Positions 18,101 to 27,039 of a DNA stretch of 64,000 nt are shown here, one piece after another. Below the pieces are notes generated by a model. It made no database searches and was not told the origin of the DNA. It saw only the letters and a list, made by a program, of their open reading frames with translations. Made by a program: the position numbers and the translations under genes. Location: the NCBI GenBank assembly GCA_051599415.1, contig AP039694.1, forward strand, positions 1-64,000, read 5' to 3'. Within the stretch, counting starts at the first letter, position 1, and every line of letters starts with the position of its first letter. The stretch is from Savitreella phatthalungensis (Eukaryota).

Positions 18101-20350
18101 CCGGTCATTCACAATTCGATCCACAAGTTCGTCCACCTGTGCAGAAGCATGCGCGCTACCCTTGGTGGACACAGCTTTGCCCAGAGCCGCACCAGCGAGA
18201 TTGCGCAAATCGGAGTCACTCGAACTCATGGCTTCCTTGAAACTCTCAGTCTCAAATCCCAACACCAAATTCGTCAGCAGGGCTTGTTTACGTGCTGCCG
18301 TAGCCTTGGACAGGAACTGCTGAGCTTGCGCCAGTAGCGATGCCTGAACCTGGGGAGACTGCTTCGGATACAGCATGCGGAACAGCTGGATACCGAGGTC
18401 GATACATTGCGTTGAGCTGGATGGCGACGCCTCGATTTCTTGAAGGACGGCCAAGTAATCGTGCTCGAGGGCTGGCAGGATTGCGTTCGAGTTCAGTACC
18501 TCTAATGACAGCCCCTGTGCAGCGAGGGACGAGAGACCCGATCGATAGTTGTCTGCAGCTGTAGCAATCGTAACCAGGGCCATCGGATCCTTCGATGGGG
18601 CAGGGTTGGCAAATGATGTGAGAGCGAGACTGATGCAGTCATCCATCGCGGTGGCACCGCCATTGACGTGACTGTTCAGCTCGAGCAGGCATTGCAATGT
18701 GCGCCGGCGTAAGTCATCCTTGCGGGTCTGGATACAGTTTCCGACAAGCGTTGCGACCCGTTTCGCCACGTCGGCAGTCAAGAGACTGCGACATTGTCGT
18801 AGGAAGCAATAGACCGATGTGAGTGCCCATTCTGATCCTTCGCCACCTCGTGGCAGGGCGTTTTTCCATAATAGCAGTAGCTGAGATAGATGCGAGCGAA
18901 CAAAGCTTGGTCCGAGCGACTGCAATGCGGCGATCAAGATCCAAGCCACATGCTCTCGCCCATCTACTTTCAAATTCGACGTTGCGAAGTCGAAAACCTG
19001 GGCTGCAATGCTGTCGAGCGAGACGTAGAGAGGGCGCCGGACAGATGCAGTCAACAGTGCGCCGAGAGCCAAAGACAGCCCGCACATTTCTTGCTCTTGA
19101 TCCGTCTCCTTGAGTTGTGTGAATACCGCAGCGATAAAGTTCGAAAGCAGAGATGGAACGTTGAGGCAAATTGTTTTGACAGCATGAGCTGCAGCGACAT
19201 GAACTGCGGCCGTGGGATGCGACACAACGAACATCAAAGCATCCATCTCGAAATTTTGTGGTGCCGCACAGCCCAGCATCTCAATGAGCGATGCGACCTC
19301 TTCAAGGCACGAGACCAAAATATATCGAGAAGGAGCTGTGCGCACGTGCAGAATCAGCCGCTTGATCGCCAATAACTGGTGCTCCTGGTCCAGTGCACGA
19401 TTAAAGCGTCGGAGAAGCAATTGAACATGAGCCCGAGCTCCAAGTGCTTTGAAAGGGTCCGTTTCTATCGAGCTCATCTGCAAATCGTTCACGAGGGAAA
19501 GCAAAAGCGTCTCCCAGTGTTGTGCGATCCAGGTGACGTCTGCCTGCATGAGCATCTCCTCATATGTGAGTGCTACAATTGTGCGCGTCCGGCGCGACGA
19601 AGATTTATTGTAAAGTGTAGATAGAAAGACAAATTCTCCGGAGAACCTGCGAATCTCTCTGGTAGCCAAGCACTTTGCTGCAGCCCGTCTGACGCGAGCG
19701 CTGTCCATGTGTTCGAGTGCTTTAATGACATGAGCAATGTCGAGGTCGGCGTGCCGGAGGATCGCCTCCAAGCAGAGGAGCGCGCTTGCGCAAACCGCAT
19801 TAGACTTGTCCGGCACGCATTGTCTGATCGCTCGATATACATCCCTTGCGATATTCTCATCGGGTTCGACTTGTTGCAAGCCCGCGGCCAGTGCTCTGAA
19901 ACCGTGACATCGAACTGCATTGGAAGTGCTCTTCGTGGCCTTGAGGCAGATTGCAGCAAGCTCTGGAAGGAGCGACAACATGTCTCGGCCGAAGGTCTCG
20001 AAGACATTGAGTAAAATCGAAAGCAGAGCCGTACGTATCTTCTCATCTTTCTCCTTTCCTAGCGTCTGCAGAAGCCTGCTTGTCGGCTCGAAAGGTCCTA
20101 CGGCCATGCGTCGAAAGACTACAAGATAACAACGGGAAAGAAGGGCTCTGTTAGCCTTATTCAAGCCAGTAGCGCGCGTTGCGGCACCGAGCTCATCCAG
20201 CAAGATTTGACTCGATGCCACGAGTATTGTGGCGTCAAGCAAGCAGAGATGACGGTGATGCGTCGACAAGGTGTTGAAGACATAGAGCGCATGCTTGTCT
20301 TGAGGTAGAGATGTGAGCTTCTGGAGGTCACTGGACAGCGAGGCCGCCAT
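15194..20350 (-). CDS. LAA1: Large HEAT-repeat AP-1 accessory protein (Laa1/Sip1/HEATR5)
   Basis: About 1720 aa of HEAT repeats with HLSQLLLLWKNALP, DRDPNTRAGC, DPHPTVH and DPEFPEQPLLEQYQAQLASALTPAF motifs. Confidence 0.92.
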   Translation of the reverse strand: MAASLSSDLQKLTSLPQDKHALYVFNTLSTHHRHLCLLDATILVASSQILLDELGAATRATGLNKANRALLSRCYLVVFRRMAVGPFEPTSRLLQTLGKEKDEKIRTALLSILLNVFETFGRDMLSLLPELAAICLKATKSTSNAVRCHGFRALAAGLQQVEPDENIARDVYRAIRQCVPDKSNAVCASALLCLEAILRHADLDIAHVIKALEHMDSARVRRAAAKCLATREIRRFSGEFVFLSTLYNKSSSRRTRTIVALTYEEMLMQADVTWIAQHWETLLLSLVNDLQMSSIETDPFKALGARAHVQLLLRRFNRALDQEHQLLAIKRLILHVRTAPSRYILVSCLEEVASLIEMLGCAAPQNFEMDALMFVVSHPTAAVHVAAAHAVKTICLNVPSLLSNFIAAVFTQLKETDQEQEMCGLSLALGALLTASVRRPLYVSLDSIAAQVFDFATSNLKVDGREHVAWILIAALQSLGPSFVRSHLSQLLLLWKNALPRGGEGSEWALTSVYCFLRQCRSLLTADVAKRVATLVGNCIQTRKDDLRRRTLQCLLELNSHVNGGATAMDDCISLALTSFANPAPSKDPMALVTIATAADNYRSGLSSLAAQGLSLEVLNSNAILPALEHDYLAVLQEIEASPSSSTQCIDLGIQLFRMLYPKQSPQVQASLLAQAQQFLSKATAARKQALLTNLVLGFETESFKEAMSSSDSDLRNLAGAALGKAVSTKGSAHASAQVDELVDRIVNDRDPNTRAGCTIALGHIHAALGGIAARYHLKRILNVLVSLAADPHPTVHLCALQALARTISSSGLNFAQHTSSTLALLLRLYTSDLLDETAGSTATSNLAFDNDATSVLAECADGLINLLGPDLEDSATSRDLLVKLVGEVLQDPSLVAVGLRCSQHLALFAPRKIDMTSYILSLHFYLKSHDDAIRNATVDGLYQLVRVDANQVIQHSSISSRFDTAIWTLLNADPSCDTVKDIILAWLLQTQHEYNYWVDLFGQIIIRQRLTEVDRSASAARELSTETRAAEDEGASLEQARQEARDAVLRWQTCKFAIKSLAKLISVLAMEHLANRVADLVRIAFTAATSPVEGLRIEGLTLLNLLIERLKTAADPEFPEQPLLEQYQAQLASALTPAFGADAPPAVTASAIHVCAVFISSGIVRDVERMSRVVRMLSGSLDEAAYHGMLRTAALAAWARLQVMSIEQDYLRPILSERLHHLLPLWLDALKDYARLKFEPTSDLFTSVSRETTLTFYDRAWLNIVHAVATLLDIDRAFVFNVLGEKSSDDIDYRGEPAAFFMVLFGICYESLAHASLEGRGNYATLQALRSILSPSVCGDVVFSEPIFTELTDLFGRLLLTEGVPSQLLLVDTIHMLGLSHPNTSSNLEQGFVDQMFDLARLTILPLTIVFSWDQSEQGKEVTQIDASLPKLARTCLAHFVDLTERFPPIIRLDLYNAMFHVFGNVFQALQTQATVVPAILPPFRAFCAKVSATLHEHGQNGEVDAGMLVGPARYILRKLVTAQEDETVNNRVLASTILANALVGALQPQDKLFAKHATFVVRALSNAASRRSAEWACKTTYAAHPIVARLILTELTRHVLDDPRAGGALLSLLFDLLETADLPALIPLVLLFVQANEVNELKIESHEANENTLITINLLSRLLDHVRDEPVSFKMYVSQMPLEQRAMLQSFILRLQGKQAGDKDSAPQISLRTAFA

Positions 20351-20671
20351 GTATACTCGGATCTGAGTGAGCCCGAGTTCCAACTAGGAACAATCGATCC
20401 CTTTGAAGATTGGAAGGTTATCCTAGCAGCAGATCCGTCATTTGCGTCACCGTCGCGAGAGCTGCAGATTGAACCGCATGTTATTTTTAGGACACACGCA
20501 TAGTTTTATGCAGGCGAATGCACATCTTCATGCATCAAATAGTCGGATGCATCAATCGAATCAGCAGCATGGCTGTCTCGCTTTCGCGCAGCATTCACGG
20601 CAGATATCAGCATGGTGTTGTAGACGATAACATCCAGTATTTACATGTTGTCGGTGACGTTTGCTCTATGA

Positions 20672-21259
20672 TTAATTGAAGCTACCAGTAGCACGCGGGG
20701 CAGCGTCACGCTTGAACTTGCCAGTCGCACGGGCCTCTGCTTCACGCTTGAACTTTCCTGTGACTCGCGGCTCGGCCTCACGCTTGAACTTGCCAGTCGC
20801 ACGGGCCTCTGCCTCACGCTTAAACTTTCCTGTGGCTCGCGGCTCGGCCTCGCGCTTGAACTTGCCAGTCGCACGAGCCTCTGCCTCACGCTTGAATTTG
20901 CCGGTGGCTCGCGGCTCGGCCTCACGCTTGAACTTTCCGGTGGCTCGCGGCTCGGCCTCACGCTTGAATTTGCCAGTAGCTCGAGGCTCAGCAATGCGCT
21001 TCTCGAATCCGGTCGCGCGTGCAGCATTGTAGTGCACCCGATCGATAGAAGCGGCGGCCACGAACTCGTTCACCCGTTCCAGCTCGGCGACACTGCTTTG
21101 CGCAGAAGCAGCGACAGCCGCTTCGTCGATATCGTTTTCCGTGAACCAGCGACGGAAATTGCGGAACACGCCGCGCTCCTCGAGATGCTGCTGAACTTCA
21201 GCCTGCGCCATGACGGCAGAGGCACCGAGCAGGAGTTGTAAAACGGCTGTGAGCTGCAT
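20672..21259 (-). CDS. Secreted Kex2-processed repeat peptide precursor (KEP-1; RATGKF repeats)
   Basis: Signal peptide MQLTAVLQLLLGASAVMA and a pro-region, then eight x-A-E-[P/A]-R[A/V]TGKF-KR units and a terminal DAAPRATGSFN. Confidence 0.88.
   Translation of the reverse strand: MQLTAVLQLLLGASAVMAQAEVQQHLEERGVFRNFRRWFTENDIDEAAVAASAQSSVAELERVNEFVAAASIDRVHYNAARATGFEKRIAEPRATGKFKREAEPRATGKFKREAEPRATGKFKREAEARATGKFKREAEPRATGKFKREAEARATGKFKREAEPRVTGKFKREAEARATGKFKRDAAPRATGSFN
20675..21030 (-). repeat. 36-bp coding tandem repeat (about 9 units) in KEP-1
   Basis: Units such as CGCTTGAACTTGCCAGTCGCACGGGCCTCTGCCTCA recur every 36 bp with mostly synonymous variation. Confidence 0.93.
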
Positions 21260-22958
21260 GGAACTTGTTTCTGTAAATGTTGTCCGAGTTGTCTCGTCTA
21301 GTGTTCGTGTCCTGTTCATGTCGCGGTACTCCTGCCATTTTGTAGTAGTCGAGCGTTTGCACGATCGTCATCGGCAACCCTCTAGAGAGCAAGATATCGA
21401 GGGCCGCTCGCATGCGAGGCCTGCGGCTCGACCCCGAAGATAGATTGCAGGGCGTCGGCTCACCACAAGCGACCTGGTGCTTGCGGGTCTAGGACGCTCG
21501 ATGGCTCCACTAGCAAAAGCGAAAGGAGTGCTGATCGTGCGCGACATGCAGAAGGACGCCTCTCGCATCATAATACTAATCATGCGTATTGGGCAACATC
21601 AGCTTCAATGTTTGACTCAATGGCGGTCGTGATGATTCACCATGCCCACAGATTTTCCACTCTGAACAATGCCATTACGGCTGCAGGATGACGGGCGGTC
21701 AAAGAGAGTGGAATCTATTCTGATAAGGTCCAAGACAAGCGTCGATCTGAGCAATGCTCGGGTCTTGGTCTCGACGATCGCAGTGCACGTACAAGGGGCT
21801 CACTGCATCTGGTTTCATTCTGGGGCAAATCTCACCATATCGAAAGGTCTTTCACTGTAATGATCTGCGCATTTCAGCGACAAGACCTTCCTGATTCTGA
21901 CAACTAGCAACGAAGCGCCAACTGTGCAAAGGCTCTCGACCCTACATAGAGCTACGCATTTTGCCAATCGGAAGCAGCGGACGGCACATTTTGTAGACTT
22001 CAACGATCTAATCTTCCATCTTTTCATATTCGCAAAAACGACGGCCGCGGCGATCATTTCGAAATAGACCAATCAGGCATCGTCAATCAACGACGCGTTC
22101 GATTGATCTCTCTGGGGCGGTTCATACATATGGTACGTATGTCGATCCTCCACATCGAAAATCTCGAAATCGCATCCCTTAGTGAAATCTGCCAAGTGAG
22201 GAAATTTAGAGAGCACGTTACTGCATATGTCTGCATATGTCAGAATGAGTGAAGAAATGGCGCGATTGATATTTATTAGCTCCGGCAGAAAGTTTCTATC
22301 ATGTCGGCTAGGCTTCAATGCTTTGGCTGATGTTGTGGCTAGAAATGTGGCGACTGACCAGGTGAGCTGTGGAGAATACATATGGATAGACAGGGTCTCA
22401 ATCAAGCCCAGCATGTGGCAGGTGGCACGAGTCATCGAAAGGCCTAATGATGGAAAGCTGATACAGGCATAGCTGTGGAGCATAGCCAAGAATATCGCAA
22501 TCAGTACTGTTAGACTTGGTGTGTCGTGCGTCTCCACAGATACCAACATAAGGGAAAATCGCCACGATAGCGCGCATGGCAGCGTCTCAACTAATTTGCA
22601 ATGTGAATATGCCCTTCATCGATAAAGGAACACGCAAATGATGTGAGCCACAGTGACTAGATCGATGCTCGAGGATTGCAAGCTGTTGATGGACTCGTTG
22701 ACTTAAATTAGATGAAGACACGAAGCGTCATTTGCAACAGCATCGAAATGGCAAGCAGCTCAAGCCACGCAATGTTGTCGACTTGCTTAGCCATGTGTCG
22801 ATCTCGCGAGCATCGTGTCCAAGGATTCATCGAGAGTATATGCAGTCGTGTGTAGAGACAGCTTCGTGATAGAGAAATCAACAATATTTGATAAGAATAC
22901 TAAAAGAGTGGCGTCTATGGGCAAAAAGAAGCAAGATGTGAAAGACACCTTTGTCCGC

Positions 22959-23633
22959 TCAAGGAAGAGCAGGACGTTCGAGCTGAGGCAACTTGAGGGA
23001 AGGCAGCTCAATCTTGGGGAGCGCCGTAGGAATCACCGAGACTGGCGTCGACTTGGCCGCCGAAGCAGAGGCAGACGCAGAAGAAGCGCTGGCACTAGCA
23101 GACGAAGCAGCCTGCTCGTCACGGCGTCCGATCTTCGGAAGGTGGAGGTCGGGGAGGGCGATCTTGGTAAGCGCGGTGGGGATCGAGATGAGGGTTGTCG
23201 ACTTGGCCGCCGAAGCAGAGGCAGACGCAGAAGAAGCGCTGGCACTGGCAGACGAGGCGGACTGCTCATCACGGCGTCCGATCTTGGGCAGCTTAAGGTC
23301 TGGCAGCTCAATCTTGGGAAGTGCCGTAGGAATCACCGAGACTGGCGTCGACTTGGCTGCCGAAGCAGAGGCAGACGCAGAAGAAGCGCTGGCACTGGCA
23401 GACGAGGCAGCCTGCTCGTCACGGCGTCCGATCTTCGGAAGGTGGAGGTCGGGGAGGGCGATCTTGGGAAGCGTGGTGGGGATCGAGATGAGGGCAGTCG
23501 ACTTGGCGGCTGATGCAGAGGCCGATGCGGAAGAAGCACTGGCACTGGCGGAGGAGGCGGACTGTGCCTCACGGCGGTCGATAGCTGTGGCCGAAGCAGC
23601 AACGACGAGGAGAGCTGCCTGTAGAAGCTGCAT
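22959..23633 (-). CDS. Secreted dibasic-processed repeat precursor (KEP-2; four ~50-aa Ser/Ala-rich and LP-pentamer units)
   Basis: Signal MQLLQAALLVVAASATA and DRR, then units DEQ..SSASASASSASASASAAKST...LPKI[A/E]LPDL[H/K]LPKIGRR. Confidence 0.85.
   Translation of the reverse strand: MQLLQAALLVVAASATAIDRREAQSASSASASASSASASASAAKSTALISIPTTLPKIALPDLHLPKIGRRDEQAASSASASASSASASASAAKSTPVSVIPTALPKIELPDLKLPKIGRRDEQSASSASASASSASASASAAKSTTLISIPTALTKIALPDLHLPKIGRRDEQAASSASASASSASASASAAKSTPVSVIPTALPKIELPSLKLPQLERPALP
22975..23575 (-). repeat. 150-bp coding tandem repeat, four copies in ABAB order
   Basis: ACGGCGTCCG anchor at 23121, 23271 and 23421 (150-bp period). Units 1/3 and 2/4 are more alike. Confidence 0.92.
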
Positions 23634-26600
23634 GATGAATGAGTATCGAGGAGTCTTGCAGAAGCTAGGAGTGGATCAATTGATTTGTTGTTGTTCGACC
23701 ATGGGCGACATGCTGGCTTTATGTGCGTCCTTCGCAGACCCGGCGCAGTGGCGGTCATGCAACGTCCTTCCCCGCCAGATCACACGCCTTCGCCGAGGAG
23801 CAGTTCTGCCGCATCCACAAGCTTGATGATGAAGCATCGATACGGTCATGCCGTATCTGCAACTGCCTACTGAGCGCTTTCTTCATGTCTCAATACTATG
23901 ATTCTCGAGACAACGGGACGGGCTGTTCCCGCTGCGGCATCCATGGAATGATGAAAACCTTCGAGACTTGCTCATACGAAATCAGCTAGAAATCTACTCG
24001 TCGTTGAGCATGATACGTTGAAGAACACACATGTGGGTCAATGTCAGATGTGCCTGAGATACAAAAGTTTCGGGTCGGGTCCTCTACGCATCGGTATTGG
24101 GCCATTTAATCTCATCGAGAAGACAAATTATCAGGATACTGGGAAGGAGGTGACAGCAGAAGACAGGCAGCATGCTACCGACGGTGCTGTAAAACATGTA
24201 CTTACAGCGTGGGAGGGGCCGCCGTGGGGCACGGGAAAAACCAGATCCGGCAAGAGGGGATCGGTTTCTTCTGCATCTTTCGAGTTACGAGCGGCTCCCA
24301 CTCGATCACGTACCACAGACTTTGTGCATGCACCATAAGCATAAGGCCAAATTCGGTGACGGAGAAATTCCGTGCTGATTTCCTGAAGGATTTGATCTGA
24401 CCGAGATCGAGGATCCTTGAATTCACAGAAACTGGGAAGTCGGAAGAACATTTGAAAGACGGCAATCTGGTGCGCCTTGACATATTGGATATTAAAATTC
24501 TTGCAACACGTCCGATATCATTTTGAGCCAGATAGCTCTACCCTCTCATGCTTAGATGGCTGACCCTGCCTCACGCGTGCATGAGAGGAAAGGTCGATGA
24601 GACAGCGTCGGAGGCGTTGAGCGGCAAGACCGCAGGAGCTTATCGGAGTGCAGTCAACATCAGAACGTGAACATGGTGTTAACCACTACTGAATTTTTGA
24701 AGGCCCGCGTGGATGAGACTGTCTGTGGCTGTCGAGGGCCGCCCAGTTCAGCTCAATGATGCAGGCTTGCTAACCGCAACACGTGATCTTGCGTCGTATC
24801 GAGCCCAATCTTTCGGACGTGCGCGCAATAAATGATGCATCGCAGAGCAAGTGGACAGAAACAGTCCCACATGCCCATTGGTATGTGCTCGGCGGTCCCA
24901 CATCAGGTGAAAGACAATTGTCGATTCATCTGATGGCTGACATATCGTAGCAAAGAGCTTCGGCGGCGAGGGCCGCTCGACTTGAAGACTACGATGGCTA
25001 ATGACAATTCGTTTTGCCAGCGCTAACGATCCATGTGCTGAGCTTCGAAAAGCGACTTGTAGATAAATGTGCAAATTGAGAATGGTTTGAGTTTCATGAC
25101 TTAGCTCAAAATATACTGACAACCTCAGAACCTTTCCCAAAAAAGATGTCCCGGGCGATCGATAAAACTGAAAGCGCGTCATAGGAAGTCAATCATGCAA
25201 GCGAAATATGTCCTCAGACTATCGAACTCTCCTCAAAAGGTCTTAAAGCTCTTTCATCATGAAAGCGTCGCGAACACTTTCCTCATGACATCTTTTTGTT
25301 TTTGGTACACTAATAATATACTAGGCTTTCCTTCATTGGGAAACCAAGATCATTCACAGCGGTCATTGCTGGTAGTCGATGTTTCGCGTCTTGTCGCAAC
25401 ACTCCGTATATATCACGATTGTGGGTGTGCCGAATGCACAGAAAGGTAGCATGAACCGATGCTTTGGAGGATGGTGGCAATTGAGAAGGAGCACATGTCT
25501 CAAATCATGTAATGGTGCTCCTCCGTGCACAAGAACATCGATGTGCTTTATGCTTGCCTGCTGCAATGCGCAGTTGTTGTCATGGCACTTCTATGAAGGC
25601 GTTCTACGAGGTCGATATGGACAGTCAACCAGAACCCTCATGGTCGCGGCCATATGTCATTGTGCACGTGATGGACATCGGGAAATGTCCCATTCAGATA
25701 TTGAGATGGAAAAGACGCATGCATGGATTTGCAGCATAGGCGAAGATCGGCGAATTTGAAGAAAAAAATAACTGACGTGATGTGGCGGATTGGTTCCGCC
25801 TTCAAAATGCTCCATATTCGAATTGAACAGGCAAACCCGCCGGTGACAAGCTGAGTGTCAGCCGGCGTCATCATCATGCAGCATCCATTGTTTCCATATA
25901 ATGACCATTGCGCGTGATCATCTTCTTCAATACCGCGTTCCGGTCGGATTTCCCTCAAGATTGCAGGACCCTTTGCTTCGCTAAGCACATGACTGACATA
26001 GTTGCCGCGCACGATCAACAGAGGCAATGTCTTCGCGGACGGTAGCGTACACATGATATTGACATTACGCTATCTAGACAAGGTTGCGAATCCGGAGGTT
26101 GCGGAGCTATCCTTGAATCGATCATATGATCCAATACTTGATCCAAGACAACATTCTTGAGTTCGGAAGTGCGGCTGTGACTGGGATGACGCGGATGCAC
26201 GTCCAATCTCAGTTACAGCGTCCGTTCTGATCAGATTAAAGTACGATTAGGGCTTCGATCTGACTGGAGGTAGAGCAGGAAATGCAAAAGATCTCTCTCG
26301 GATCACAATAAGTTTGACTAATGTTGCTCATTTCCTCGCCAGAGAGTTTTAGGTTCGGGTTGACATGGCTTCCGTGCACCACAAATTGTTTTGTGGCGAT
26401 TTGGGGTAGCTGGCCTCTGTGTAACCATAGACATTGTTTTCGCAGGCGGCCGCGAGTTGACGCTAAGTCTTCAGACGGCTCCCGCGGGATCCGCGTTCTT
26501 CACACCTTATTGGTCCGGGTACAGTTTCCGAAAGTCCGATGTATTCGCAAGGCGGACTCTCGCACAGGTCAGAATTTTCTCACAGAAACGGGCTTCATTA

Positions 26601-27039
26601 GAGTGGTTTAAGCAGGTGCAGGCTTATTTAATTTCTCAATGTTCAATTATACAAATCGAAGCTCATCCGCCGAGAAATACAATGCACAAAGGCGAAATCT
26701 GAACCAATCTGGGCAGTGGTTGCGAATCGACCCCACAGATCGTTGTAGGTATGAGACCTGACAACCACCTCTGTGAGATTTGACGGCTGCGATTGACCCG
26801 GTTCTCATAGGGGCTATTTTATGTCGATCATCCGTGGACATGGTTGACTCCGGGGTCGTCGAATCCGGGGAGAGGTAATAGCAGCAACCGGCCATTGGCT
26901 CGTGAGCTCGGAACTTTCCGAGCAAGCCGTCAAGGGGCGCGGTTGACAGACACCAAAGCCAACAGAAGAGTGAACACTATAAGTGGATCGAGGATGCCAT
27001 GTTCCTAAAATCAGCTCTTCTCCTATTAAGCTATTCAAC

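Noticed and set aside
20675..21030. 36-bp repeats as a CRISPR array
   Set aside because: The units are contiguous with no unique spacers, variation is mostly synonymous in one frame, the context is eukaryotic and no cas genes are present
20672..21259. Firm call as a mating pheromone or MAT locus
   Set aside because: The processing logic fits alpha/P-factor, but the core does not resemble pheromones I know, there is no CAAX motif and no MAT HMG/homeodomain gene is in the window. Kept as a possibility only.
20641..23826. Antisense and alternative-frame ORFs over both repeat genes
   Set aside because: They are shadows of the coding repeats. Only one frame in each has a signal peptide and regular dibasic sites.
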